A DNA stretch of 64,000 nt from assembly GCA_905480335.1 (NCBI GenBank), contig CAJQPY010000003.1, positions 161,457 to 225,456 on the forward strand, given 5' to 3'. Below, piece by piece: positions 10,561-21,261 of this stretch. A program made the position numbers and the translations under genes. The DNA is from an uncultured Ilumatobacter sp. GTDB taxonomy: Bacteria; Actinomycetota; Acidimicrobiia; Acidimicrobiales; Ilumatobacteraceae. The stretch's first letter is position 1; every line of letters begins with the position of its first letter. Under the pieces are notes generated by a model. The model was not told the origin of the DNA, searched no databases, and was given only the letters and a program-made list of their open reading frames with translations.

Positions 10561-10650
10561 GGATTGCAGGGTAGGGCCGTCGACGCCCGAGGACAGCGTC
10601 CGACTGTTCGGGATCCCGACGCGTCCCGACCGTTCGCACTCCTAGCATGA

Positions 10651-11211
10651 ATGACAATGACGACGATGACGGCGTTCCCCGCTGATGGGTACACGGTTCG
10701 GTGGCAAACTTGGGACGGTCAGGGCGACGAGACGGTCACGTTGCGCTGGGAAAACGAGGGCTGGACGGCACTCGGCGAAGTGACCAGGGAGCGTGTGTCA
10801 TACGTGATCCGCCTCTCTGCCACCTGGCAGATCCGCCAGTTTCTTCTCTTTCGGGACCAGGACGAACCTGACCTCTGGCTCGGTACCGACGGTAGCGGCC
10901 GCTGGGGTGAGGTGAACGGAGTGCACCGGCCTGATCTGGATGGGTGCACCGACATCGACCTGCACGCCACCCCCTTCACGAACACGATCCCGATTCGGCG
11001 ACTACAACTCGACAGCGGCGACGCCGCCGAAATCACCGTCGCGTTGATCGACGTCGACACCCTCGGCGTGATTCCGGTGCGGCAACGCTACGAACACCTG
11101 CCGACAGGCGCATGGCGCAAAGTGCACGCGAAGACCGGCGCAGCCCTTGACTTCAAAGTTGACGCGTACGGGCTCGTACACGACGAGCCCAATCTCTTTC
11201 GGCGCCTATAG
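10651..11211 (+). CDS. putative glycolipid-binding domain protein
   Basis: 186-aa ORF. GCTDIDLHATPFTNTIPIRRL matches my memory of the PF06475-type family core. Confidence 0.6.
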   Translation: MTMTTMTAFPADGYTVRWQTWDGQGDETVTLRWENEGWTALGEVTRERVSYVIRLSATWQIRQFLLFRDQDEPDLWLGTDGSGRWGEVNGVHRPDLDGCTDIDLHATPFTNTIPIRRLQLDSGDAAEITVALIDVDTLGVIPVRQRYEHLPTGAWRKVHAKTGAALDFKVDAYGLVHDEPNLFRRL

Positions 11212-11239
11212 CGGGCGAGTCAGGCCCACCGTCGGCATT

Positions 11240-12106
11240 TCAGGTTCCGAGGCCTGACAGAAACGAGCGGAGATCGGTGCCGAGTTCGGGACTCGTCAGG
11301 CCGAGCTCGATCGACGCCGTGAGGAAGCCGAGCGGGTTGCCGGTGTCATAGCGACCGACATCAGACAACACGGCATGGAACGGCGAGCGGGCGGCCTGCG
11401 CCCTCAGCGCATCGGTCAGCTGCAGCTCGCCACCTCGACCCGGGGTAAGGGCATCGATTTCAACCCATACGTCGGCGGTCAGCACATATCTGCCGGCGAT
11501 GATGAAATTCGATGGCGCTTCATCAACCGGCGGCTTCTCGACGAGGTCCGTAACTGCGATCACCCCATCGGCGGAGAGTGGCCCCGCCGGGTCGATCACC
11601 CCGTACGAACTCACCTGATGTCGGGGAACCTCGGCCACGGCTACCACGCTTCCACCGGTCGAAGAACAGACGCCGTTCATCTGCGCCAACAAGCCAGACG
11701 ATGCCATCAACTCGTCCGGGAGCATCACCGCAAACGGTTCAACACCCACCGCTTCGCGGGCGCATCCAACGGCATGACCGAGCCCCTTTGGGTCGTCTTG
11801 GTACACGATGCTCACGCGCCAGTCGCGACCAATGGCACGCAACCGCTCAGCGGTGTCGGACTTGCCCTTTGCCTCGAGTGCATCAAGGAGTTCGGCATCA
11901 GCTTCGAAGTACTGCGCAACCGCCGGCTTCGATCGGCTCGAGACCACTACGATGTGATCGATTCCTGCGCCGAGCGCTTCGTCGATGACGACTTGAATCG
12001 CCGGCTGATCACCGATGGGAAACAACTCCTTCGGCACCGCCTTCGTTGCCGGAAGGAACCGTGTTCCGAGTCCTGCTGCGGGGATTACCGCACTACGTAC
12101 CTGCAC
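11240..12106 (-). CDS. galU: UTP--glucose-1-phosphate uridylyltransferase
   Basis: 288-aa ORF with the N-terminal nucleotide-binding loop VIPAAGLGTRFLPATKAVPKELFPI. Confidence 0.92.
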   Translation of the reverse strand: MQVRSAVIPAAGLGTRFLPATKAVPKELFPIGDQPAIQVVIDEALGAGIDHIVVVSSRSKPAVAQYFEADAELLDALEAKGKSDTAERLRAIGRDWRVSIVYQDDPKGLGHAVGCAREAVGVEPFAVMLPDELMASSGLLAQMNGVCSSTGGSVVAVAEVPRHQVSSYGVIDPAGPLSADGVIAVTDLVEKPPVDEAPSNFIIAGRYVLTADVWVEIDALTPGRGGELQLTDALRAQAARSPFHAVLSDVGRYDTGNPLGFLTASIELGLTSPELGTDLRSFLSGLGT

Positions 12107-12133
12107 CTCGATAACGATAGCTTTTTAAGTCCA

Positions 12134-12538
12134 ATGCCTACTTACGTCTATAAGTTCGTCGACACTAATGAGACCATTGAGGTCCAGCAGGCGTTCACCG
12201 ACGAATCGCTCACCGAATACGCTCATCCCGAATCCGGCGTCATTCTGCCGATCAAGAAGATATTCCAGCCCGTTGGCGTCACATTCAAGGGTTCTGGCTT
12301 TTTTAAAACCGACAACCGCGACTCCAAAGCAACCACCCCGCCCGGTTCAAGTTCGGACTCGCCGAGCGGTGTGTCAACCGATGCGGGTTCTTCTGGCTCG
12401 GATTCTTCGGACTCATCGAGCGGCACCGCGTCGACCACCTCCGAGTCCAAGGGGTCCTCGACGTCGACGAGCACTCCGTCGAAATCGGCGCCATCGTCGA
12501 CCGGATCGTCCCCGAAGTCAACCAGCACATCGGATTGA
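12134..12538 (+). CDS. FmdB/Ruc-family protein lacking the zinc-ribbon cysteines, with Ser-rich disordered tail
   Basis: The ATG at 12134 gives MPTYVYKF...VGVTFKGSGFFKTDNR, the FmdB core MPTYxY...FKGSGFY.TD. All four CxxC positions are non-Cys, and about 75 aa of Ser/Thr/Gly/Asp tail follow. The first 253 codons of the ORF-track entry 11375..12538 are antisense to galU. Confidence 0.75.
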   Translation: MPTYVYKFVDTNETIEVQQAFTDESLTEYAHPESGVILPIKKIFQPVGVTFKGSGFFKTDNRDSKATTPPGSSSDSPSGVSTDAGSSGSDSSDSSSGTASTTSESKGSSTSTSTPSKSAPSSTGSSPKSTSTSD

Positions 12539-12541
12539 TGA

Positions 12542-13360
12542 TTGGTGGAGGTTCCCCTCGATTCTCGGGCGGCTGACCTCGGCGCCGATGTCGGAGTGTT
12601 TGGAGGGTCGGGATTCTATGAGTTTCTCCGCGACGCTGAGGACGTCGAACTTGACACACCATTCGGTCGGCCAGCCTCGCCCATTCGTGTTGGCACCCTC
12701 GCCGGGCGGCGAGTCGCGTTCATTGCCCGGCACGGACTGACCCACGAATTTGCGGCCCATCGCGTGCCGTTCCGCTCAAACGTGTGGGCCCTGGCGTCGC
12801 TAGGTGTGCGGTCGATTGTCGCCCCGTGTTCGGTTGGCTCGCTCCAGCCGCACCTCGAAGTTGGCGACTTCGTAGTCCTCGACCAACTCGTCGACCGTAC
12901 GAACGGTCGCGCCAGAACGTTCCACGATGTCGGGGCGGGTGACGGACTGCCAGGTTCGGACGGTCCGGTTCACCATCAACCGTTCGCCGACCCATACGAC
13001 AGCGGGGTGCGCTCGGCATTGTTGGTCGCTGGCGACGAGCTTGACGGCCCGATGGTGCATGACGGCGGAACGATGGTCGTGATCAATGGACCGCAATTCT
13101 CGACCCGCGCCGAATCGCGGTGGCACACTTCGATGGGCTGGGACGTCGTGAACATGACCGGCGCGCCGGAGGCAGCGCTGGCTGCCGAGGCCAGTGTCCC
13201 GTACGCAACTGTCGCTCTGGTGACTGACCGCGATGCCGGCGACTCGGGTCGTGCTGATGGCGTGGCGCCGGTGACGATGGACGACGTGATGGCGATCGTT
13301 CGCAACAACGTCGTCCACGTTCGACAACTGATCGAACTGGCGCTCCCACACCTGCCCTGA
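12542..13360 (+). CDS. mtnP: S-methyl-5'-thioadenosine phosphorylase
   Basis: 272-aa ORF in the PNP/MTAP family (VGVFGGSGFYEF, FIARHG, NMTGAPEA). TTG/GTG start 4 nt after the upstream stop. Confidence 0.85.
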   Translation: MVEVPLDSRAADLGADVGVFGGSGFYEFLRDAEDVELDTPFGRPASPIRVGTLAGRRVAFIARHGLTHEFAAHRVPFRSNVWALASLGVRSIVAPCSVGSLQPHLEVGDFVVLDQLVDRTNGRARTFHDVGAGDGLPGSDGPVHHQPFADPYDSGVRSALLVAGDELDGPMVHDGGTMVVINGPQFSTRAESRWHTSMGWDVVNMTGAPEAALAAEASVPYATVALVTDRDAGDSGRADGVAPVTMDDVMAIVRNNVVHVRQLIELALPHLP

Positions 13361-14017
13361 ATCCACCAAACCGCGAGTTGTTGCAATATTCGGACACCGC
13401 TGGCTCCCTCTAACCCTTACACCGATGAGAGAAGACCCGACGTCATCCGCACTGCGCAAGATGCCTCCCGCGCGTCCCAGCCACAACACCCGACTCGTAC
13501 TCGCCGCCCGACCATGAATCTGTTGATCCACCGTCGGCGCGGTCGCAGCATCGACCAGCACCTCGGTCCATACGCAGATCCAGTCGCTTAATACGGCCTG
13601 CGCTCGTCGAGCCAACCGGCAGCGCGTCCCGGTCGCACCGGCAATGCGCTCAGACCGTCGGCGCTCACCTTGGAATGGAGGTCCATCCCGGCAGTCAGCG
13701 TGCCCGACAGTGATTCACTGTCGATTCCTGACGAATTCATCCCCCAACAACACCTCGGTACGGCAGAGATCATCGTCGGTGCCGGCCACGGCCCAACGGT
13801 TGGAGCAATGGACGGGTGCTCGCCGAGGAGGCGCGTATCGTTGAGGTCGACGGATCGGTATTGTTCGCAGAGACGGAGGGCGCCGATAGGGGGCGAAGAA
13901 GCACAGACCCGACAGATTTCGATTGCTCCCGTCGCGCCTCTTAACGACCCCTGCCCTGGCCGCTGCGATCACTTCCGGTCGACTCCGCTGCGATTATGGT
14001 GACCCCCATTCGCCAAG

Positions 14018-14569
14018 ATGACAGAGTTCACCCCGGACTGGAGACCTGCAATGAGCGACGCCGAACAGATCGATTACGAAGACCTAACCGACATGCGCCT
14101 CGACGACGCTGCGTTAGCCGAGTTGCTCGATGCCGGCGGCGAATGTGTATTCAACTGGACGACCAAGGATGGGCATCCGGTCGGTGTTGTCGTAGCTTTC
14201 GTGTACCACGACGGAAAGTTCTTCACGACCTGCGCCGAGCGCCGCAAGCGGGTCCCAGCACTGCGGACACGACCACAGTCAGGGATCGTCATCAACAATG
14301 CTGGCAAGACGGCGACTTTCAAAGGCGAATCGATCGTACACGCGCACGGCGACGATAAATTCGACGAACTCAAGCAGTGGTTCTACGCCAAGTTGTCACG
14401 CGTCGACGAGCAGCCTGACGATGAGTACCGACAGAGCTTCAACAAGTTCCTCGACTCCCCGCACCGCGTGATTATCGAAACCGATGCTCGCTTGGTCGTC
14501 GCGTTTGACACCGCCAAGTTCCATTCGTTCACAGTGAAAGCGATGGCGGCGGGTCACGGCGCCGACTGA
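14018..14569 (+). CDS. pyridoxamine 5'-phosphate oxidase-family (FMN/F420 split-barrel) protein
   Basis: 183-aa ORF. The pattern ECVFNWTTKDGHPVGVVVAFVYHDGKFFTT resembles PPOX-class split-barrel proteins. Confidence 0.5.
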   Translation: MTEFTPDWRPAMSDAEQIDYEDLTDMRLDDAALAELLDAGGECVFNWTTKDGHPVGVVVAFVYHDGKFFTTCAERRKRVPALRTRPQSGIVINNAGKTATFKGESIVHAHGDDKFDELKQWFYAKLSRVDEQPDDEYRQSFNKFLDSPHRVIIETDARLVVAFDTAKFHSFTVKAMAAGHGAD

Positions 14570-14572
14570 GCG

Positions 14573-15424
14573 TCAGCCCGAGCCGTCGCGTAGGCCGGTT
14601 GCGATCAAGACGAGAACGAAGACACCCAGCCCGATCCGGTAGATCACGAACGGCATGAAACTCCGGGTTCTGATTAATCGCAGCGTGCCCCACACGGCGA
14701 CCCACCCAGATAACCCCGACGTCATGATTCCCACGACCATCGGAACGTATAGGTCCCGGTCGACCTCACCGGTGAACAGCCCTGCGGACTTGACGACAAC
14801 GGCCCCGGCAATCACCGGGATCGACATCACGAAACTGATCCGCGCTGCGGCGTCACGATTGAAACCGAGCCAACGAGCGGCCGTTATCGTGATCCCCGAC
14901 CTCGAAGTGCCGGGGTTGAGCGCGAGCGTCTGCGCCAAGCCGACTTTCAGCGCATCAGGTGCTTTGAACTCCTCAAGATCCCGCTGTCCTGTCAACCGGT
15001 CGGCCCATCCGAGCAGGAGGCCAAACAGAATCAACGAAATCGCAATGATGAATGGAGTACCGAGCGCGGAATCGATCACATCTTCGAACAGAGCTCCCAC
15101 CGCAGCTGCGGGAAGCGTGGCAAGGACGAAGAACCACGCCAGGCGTCCTTCGACCGTGGTCGGGCGTTGACGCGAAAACACGAGTCGGGTGCCCTCGCGC
15201 ACGTACACCATCACATCGCGCCAAAAGTACGCGACAACCGCCACCAACGTGCCGAGATGCAGCGCAACGTCGAACGTCTTCTTCACGGAGTCGCCGTTCG
15301 GTCCAGAGAAGTCGTTCCAGCCAAATAGCCAGGGGACGAGCAGAAGGTGACCACTCGACGAGACCGGAAGAAACTCCGAGAAGCCCTGGACGAGACCGAG
15401 AACGATCGCGTGGAAGATCGACAC
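14573..15424 (-). CDS. uppP: undecaprenyl-diphosphate phosphatase
   Basis: 283-aa polytopic membrane ORF with the BacA/UppP motif GLVQGFSEFLPVSSSGHL. Confidence 0.92.
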   Translation of the reverse strand: MSIFHAIVLGLVQGFSEFLPVSSSGHLLLVPWLFGWNDFSGPNGDSVKKTFDVALHLGTLVAVVAYFWRDVMVYVREGTRLVFSRQRPTTVEGRLAWFFVLATLPAAAVGALFEDVIDSALGTPFIIAISLILFGLLLGWADRLTGQRDLEEFKAPDALKVGLAQTLALNPGTSRSGITITAARWLGFNRDAAARISFVMSIPVIAGAVVVKSAGLFTGEVDRDLYVPMVVGIMTSGLSGWVAVWGTLRLIRTRSFMPFVIYRIGLGVFVLVLIATGLRDGSG

Positions 15425-15493
15425 GCCGCATTTCTATCTGACCAGCAGCATCAGTCCCCGTCTCCTCGACCGCACGTATCTTTCACCACTGCC

Positions 15494-15990
15494 GTGAGTA
15501 CACGCCGCCAGATGATGTTGGTGACCGGCGCGTCCGGCTTTCTCGGTCGTCACGCCGCACGTCGTGCGATGTCGGAAGACTGGCAGATAATCGCACCGCC
15601 GTCTCACGCAACGGATATCACCGTCGCGCAGCGGGAACAACGACAATCATCGGGCCGAGACCCGACGCAGTGATCCGTCTCGCCTGCGGCCAGATGATCA
15701 CCGAGCGATCGTCAACACACCCCCCGTCTTGCCCTAGCCGCAGATGCAGCTCGATCTCGCTTCGCGCAGGTTTCGGACCGACATATTTTTCGCAGGCCGC
15801 ATACGCCGAGTACAACGAGCCAGACCCGATTATTGAACACGGCCGCCACGGGGCTGACCGGCTCGCTGCGGCCCACACCGCCGACATCCGAAACCCTCTG
15901 AGCCGCGCTGCTCTGCGTAACCAACTCCCCTTCGCCGTTCCTCGGGACGGCCATTGTCGGCGTACCGAGCAAGAACCTCCGACGCTGGGG
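15494..15990 (+). pseudogene. decayed, truncated dTDP-4-dehydrorhamnose reductase (RmlD)/NAD-epimerase-like gene
   Basis: The Rossmann start MLVTGASGFLG...DIT is followed by PDAVIRLAC in a second frame. AIVNTPPVLP*...TDIFFAG (compare VNA.G...L....STDYVFDG) carries an in-frame TAG, and YAEYNEPDP lies in a third frame. The relic ends against the metY 3' end after about 150 codons. Confidence 0.6.
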
Positions 15991-15991
15991 G

Positions 15992-17302
15992 CTACCGGGC
16001 AGCAGCGAACCCGGCTTCAAGGTCGGCGACGATGTCGTCGATCGATTCGAGCCCGACCGACAAACGCACTAGTCCAGCGGTGACTGCACTGGCAGCCTGC
16101 TCCTCGGCGTTGAGCTGACTATGCGTGGTCGAGCCTGGATGGATCACAAGGCTGCGGGCATCGCCGATATTGGCCACGTGACTGTGCAGCGACAGGCCTT
16201 CAACGAACTTCTTGCCTGCTTCGTGGCCGCCCTGGATCTCGAATGCCAATACCGAACCGTAACCCATGCCGCCGGTGAGTTCCTTGGCCCGCTCGTGCCA
16301 GGGGCTCGACGGAAGACCCGAGTAGTTGACCGACTCGACCTGGTCGTGTCCATCGAGAAACTCAGCAACCTTCTGAGCGTTCGACCAATGGCGTTCCATT
16401 CGCAGGCTCAGTGTTTCGAGACCTTGCAGGAACATAAACGCATTAAAGGGGGAAATCGCCATGCCGACATCTCGAAGCAACTGGACGCGCGCCTTGAGAA
16501 TGAAAGAACCGTGACCGAGGGCCGGCCAGTACGCAAGGCCGTGATAACTCGGATCGGGTTCGTTGAAGTTCGGGAAACGCTCAGCATTGCCATAATCGAA
16601 CGTTCCGCCATCGATAATCGCGCCGCCGATCGACGTGCCATGTCCGCCAATGAACTTGGTAAGGCTGTGCACGACGATGTCGGCACCGTGTTCAAGTGGG
16701 CGAATCAGATACGGGGTCGCAACGGTGTTGTCGACAATCAACGGCACACCGACCTCGTGGGCGACGTTGCTTACACCTCTGATATCAAACACGTCGTTTT
16801 TTGGATTGGGAATGACTTCGCCGTAGAACACCTTGGTCCGCTCGTTCGAAGCAGTCCGCCACTGGTCGAGATCGTCAGGGTCCTCGACGAAGGTGACTTC
16901 GATCCCCATTTTGGGCAGCGTGTAATGGAGCAGGTTGTAGCTGCCGCCGTACAGCGACGGCGACGCGACCACGTGGTCACCGGCCTCGGCAAGGTTCATG
17001 AGCGAAAGCGTTGAGGCCGCCTGCCCTGATGCCACGGCAAGCGCGCCGGGCAGACCAATGGCGGTGATGCAGCCACCCTCAAGCGCGTTCAGTCGCGCCT
17101 CAAGCGCGCCCTGCGTCGGGTTCATGATTCGGGTGTAGATGTTGCCAACCTCGGACAACGCAAACAGGTTCGCAGCGTGGTCGGCGTTCTGAAACTCGAA
17201 CGATGTCGTTTGATAAATCGGGACGGCTCTCGCCCCGGTGGTCGGGTCGGGTTCGCCGCCGACGTGGATTTGCTTAGTTTCAAAGCCCCAGTTGTCACTC
17301 AT
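15992..17302 (-). CDS. metY: O-acetylhomoserine aminocarboxypropyltransferase/sulfhydrylase
   Basis: 436-aa ORF in the Cys/Met-metabolism PLP family (FETKQIHVG, SLTKFIGGHGTSIGG with the PLP lysine). Confidence 0.9.
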   Translation of the reverse strand: MSDNWGFETKQIHVGGEPDPTTGARAVPIYQTTSFEFQNADHAANLFALSEVGNIYTRIMNPTQGALEARLNALEGGCITAIGLPGALAVASGQAASTLSLMNLAEAGDHVVASPSLYGGSYNLLHYTLPKMGIEVTFVEDPDDLDQWRTASNERTKVFYGEVIPNPKNDVFDIRGVSNVAHEVGVPLIVDNTVATPYLIRPLEHGADIVVHSLTKFIGGHGTSIGGAIIDGGTFDYGNAERFPNFNEPDPSYHGLAYWPALGHGSFILKARVQLLRDVGMAISPFNAFMFLQGLETLSLRMERHWSNAQKVAEFLDGHDQVESVNYSGLPSSPWHERAKELTGGMGYGSVLAFEIQGGHEAGKKFVEGLSLHSHVANIGDARSLVIHPGSTTHSQLNAEEQAASAVTAGLVRLSVGLESIDDIVADLEAGFAAAR

Positions 17303-17481
17303 GGCGGCGCACCCTACGGGATAAAAGTTGACCTCACAAGTCAGGATTCGTCAGAACCCTGTTACTCGGAACACTGCGCCGCCGCGGATGAGTCACCCGC
17401 ACGACCGACCGGTCGCACCGCCAGCCCGGCATCTGGGACGGAGCACAACCAGTTCTAGGGGCCAATAAATTGATGACTCGA

Positions 17482-18636
<1,155 letters not shown>

Positions 18637-18671
18637 CTAGCCAGCCACTGCTGGATCCGGGCCCTCGACAA

Positions 18672-19226
18672 TCAGTTCGCGACGCGCAGACGCGAACTGC
18701 GGTCGAGTTTTGGAAGCGCCACCCGGCCAGTGCGTTGGAGTTCAACAATTCCGTGCGAGTCGAGTAGCTCCTCGAAGTCGTCGAGCTTGTCGGGATGCCC
18801 CTCGATGCTGAGTGTCAGGTTGTCCTCCGAGACGGCAAGGATCTTGCCTTCAAAGATCTGAGTGAGCGTCTGCAGCTCCACACGCAGCGCTCCGTTGGCT
18901 TTGACGGTGGCAATCATGAGTTCGCGCTCGACGCTCTGCGCCGGGTCGAGCTCAGAGATCTTGATCACGTCAATCAGCTTGAACAGCTGCTTGGTGATCT
19001 GCTCAAGCGGCGCCGAGTCCAGGTCGACCACGATCGTGATGCGGCTCATCCCTTCCTGCTCGGCGGGCGCCACAGCGAGCGAGAAAATGTTGTAGCCGCG
19101 GCGAGCAAACAGTCCGGACACTCGAGCGAGCACACCAGGCCGGTTCTGGACGAGCACCGACAGGATGTGGTGGTTGAAACCATTCTGCGGGTACGTGTTG
19201 GTGCCGTAGTCACGGACGCGACTCAT
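18672..19226 (-). CDS. ilvN: acetolactate synthase small (regulatory) subunit
   Basis: ACT domain HILSVLVQNRPGVLARVSGLFARRGYNIFSL. The start is taken at the ATG at 19226 (MSRVRD). Confidence 0.9.
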   Translation of the reverse strand: MSRVRDYGTNTYPQNGFNHHILSVLVQNRPGVLARVSGLFARRGYNIFSLAVAPAEQEGMSRITIVVDLDSAPLEQITKQLFKLIDVIKISELDPAQSVERELMIATVKANGALRVELQTLTQIFEGKILAVSEDNLTLSIEGHPDKLDDFEELLDSHGIVELQRTGRVALPKLDRSSRLRVAN

Positions 19227-19275
19227 GAACGGCTCTCTAATTCTGAGTAGGGCCACTGGTGGCACGATTCGGTAC

Positions 19276-21081
19276 TCACGCCAGACCGCCCTTGCGGTCC
19301 TGCTGAGTGGGATGGAGGATGACGTCGTCGTTGCTCGCACCTGCGGGCACCATGGGGAACACTCCTTCGGCAGCTTCGGTCCGAAATTCAACGACCACCG
19401 GGCGGTCGTTAATCGAGTTCGCCTTCTCGATAGCCGGACCCACCTCTTCTGGCGACTCGACCCGGATCGCGGCGCAACCCATCGATTCGGCCATCATCAC
19501 GAAGTCCGGAAGCGCGGCCGAGTCGAGGAACACTGAGGAGTACCGCTCGTCGTAGAACATCTCCTGCCACTGACGCACCATGCCGAGGTAGCTGTTGTTT
19601 AGTAGCGCCACCTTGATCGGCAGACCCTCAAGCGTGGCGGTAACCAGCTCCTGGGCCGTCATCTGGAAACAACCGTCCCCGTCGATCGCCCAGACGGTGC
19701 GATCGGGCATCGCAGCCTTTGCACCGATCGCCGCAGGAATCGAGAAACCCATCGTGCCGAGCCCACCCGAGTTCACCCACGTATACGGATCGTTAAAATG
19801 CCAATACTGAGAGGCGAACATCTGATGCTGACCAACCCCGGAGGCAACGATCGTCTTGTCTGGCGCCAGGTCGCGCAGCTGCTCGATGCAGTACTGAGGC
19901 TTTAGCGCGGCACCGGGCTGTGACTGCTGGTATGTCATCGGGAACTGTTCCTGCCAGCCCGACACTTTGCTCTTCCACGCCCTTGTATCGGCCTGCGTCA
20001 CACCAGCAGCGCGAAGCGATTTGATCTCGTCGATGATCTCCTCAATCACGAGACGGGCGTCGCCGACGATCGGAACGTCGGGCTTGCGGACCTTACCCTG
20101 CTCCGCTGGGTCAATATCAACGTGGATGACCTTGGCTTGCGGGGCGAACGCATCGACTTTGCCGGTGATTCGGTCGTCGAACCTCGAACCGAGGGCGACC
20201 AAGAGATCCGCCCTCTGCATTGCGGTGACCGCAGTTGCGTTGCCGTGCATGCCCGGCATTCCGAGGTTCAGTTCATGGTCATCCGGAAACGCACCGCGGG
20301 CCATGAGCGTAGTGACCACATGGATGCCGGTCAGCTCGACGAGCCTGGCCAACGCTTCGGCGGCACGAGCCTTAAGAATGCCACCACCGGCGTAGATGAC
20401 CGGACGCTCTGAGTCGAGGATCAGCTTCGCCGCCTCCTTAATCATGCGCGGGTGACCCTTCATGTTCGGGCGATATCCCGGCAGGCTGGCGAGGACCTCC
20501 TCATCAGTCGGCCAGTACCACTCCATCTCGCTGACGAGCACGTCCTTGGGCACGTCGACCAAGGTCGGGCCCGGCCGGCCGGTCGTTGCGATGTGGAACG
20601 CCTGACGGATCGCCATCGGAAGACCCTGACTTGTCATGACCAGTTCGTTGTGCTTCGTGCACGAACGGGTGATGCCGACCGTGTCGCATTCCTGGAATGC
20701 ATCAGAGCCGATAGCCGCTGTCGGGACCTGGCCGGTGATCGCGACCATCGGGATGGAGTCCATGAAAGCGTCCATCAGGGGCGTGACGAGATTGGTGGCT
20801 GCCGGACCCGAGGTGACCATGGCGACGCCTGGTCGACCCGTCACGTGTGCATACCCTTCAGCCATGTGACCTGCGCCCTGCTCGTGACGCACAAGGACAT
20901 GGCGGATCGGCGAGTCGAGCATTGGGTCGTATGCAGGGAGGATGCACCCGCCGGGGTAGCCGAACATCGTGTCGACCCCCTCCATTTCGAGCGACCGAAT
21001 CAGCGCCTGCGCGCCGGTGATCCGTTCACCTTCGACGTACTGCGGCGCTGCGGCCGGTGTGTCGGTTGATTGCTCAGTCAT
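19276..21081 (-). CDS. ilvB: acetolactate synthase large subunit
   Basis: 601-aa ORF with TPP enzyme N/M/C domains and the TPP motif IDGDGCFQM...NN. Confidence 0.93.
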   Translation of the reverse strand: MTEQSTDTPAAAPQYVEGERITGAQALIRSLEMEGVDTMFGYPGGCILPAYDPMLDSPIRHVLVRHEQGAGHMAEGYAHVTGRPGVAMVTSGPAATNLVTPLMDAFMDSIPMVAITGQVPTAAIGSDAFQECDTVGITRSCTKHNELVMTSQGLPMAIRQAFHIATTGRPGPTLVDVPKDVLVSEMEWYWPTDEEVLASLPGYRPNMKGHPRMIKEAAKLILDSERPVIYAGGGILKARAAEALARLVELTGIHVVTTLMARGAFPDDHELNLGMPGMHGNATAVTAMQRADLLVALGSRFDDRITGKVDAFAPQAKVIHVDIDPAEQGKVRKPDVPIVGDARLVIEEIIDEIKSLRAAGVTQADTRAWKSKVSGWQEQFPMTYQQSQPGAALKPQYCIEQLRDLAPDKTIVASGVGQHQMFASQYWHFNDPYTWVNSGGLGTMGFSIPAAIGAKAAMPDRTVWAIDGDGCFQMTAQELVTATLEGLPIKVALLNNSYLGMVRQWQEMFYDERYSSVFLDSAALPDFVMMAESMGCAAIRVESPEEVGPAIEKANSINDRPVVVEFRTEAAEGVFPMVPAGASNDDVILHPTQQDRKGGLA

Positions 21082-21157
21082 CGGTGGCGCCTTAATTTTG
21101 GTTCGGTCAGGATTCAGTGTGGTGGCACGAGAACGGTTCGACGCCTATTCGGCGCCG

Positions 21158-21189
21158 AAAAAGCAAACGACCCCCCGATTGGGAGGTCG
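21158..21189 (-). terminator. intrinsic terminator hairpin in the ilvB leader (candidate attenuator; could also end folD transcription)
   Basis: The minus strand reads CGACCUCCC-AAUC-GGGGGGUCG (9-bp stem, 4-nt loop) followed by UUUGCUUUUU. It ends 77 nt upstream of the ilvB ATG and about 215 nt downstream of the folD stop. Confidence 0.7.
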
Positions 21190-21219
21190 AAGCACGCGTG
21201 GAGTGTGTAGCAGCGCGCG

Positions 21220-21261
21220 CTACCAGATAAGTACTACAAGCAGGTTTGAAAGCGTTCCCAC
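21220..21261 (-). promoter_or_regulatory. candidate ilvBNC leader peptide MGTLSNLLVVLIW
   Basis: GTG GGA ACG CTT TCA AAC CTG CTT GTA GTA CTT ATC TGG TAG has six consecutive Leu/Val/Ile codons, several of them A/T-ending. Its stop lies about 30 nt upstream of the terminator hairpin. Confidence 0.45.

Noticed and set aside
12800-13615. 271-aa minus-strand ORF
   Set aside because: Most of it is antisense to the well-supported MTAP gene and is Arg/Val-rich with no motifs, a typical shadow ORF of GC-rich DNA. Only its 5' part (13361-13615) lies in the unresolved spacer discussed separately.
17303-17481. SAM riboswitch (SAM-IV/SAM-I) in the 180-nt metY leader
   Set aside because: The leader contains CAUCCGCGGCGG, which resembles part of the SAM-IV consensus. 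It lacks the invariant GCAACC core and a matching P1 helix. An Infernal scan (RF00634, RF00162) would settle it.
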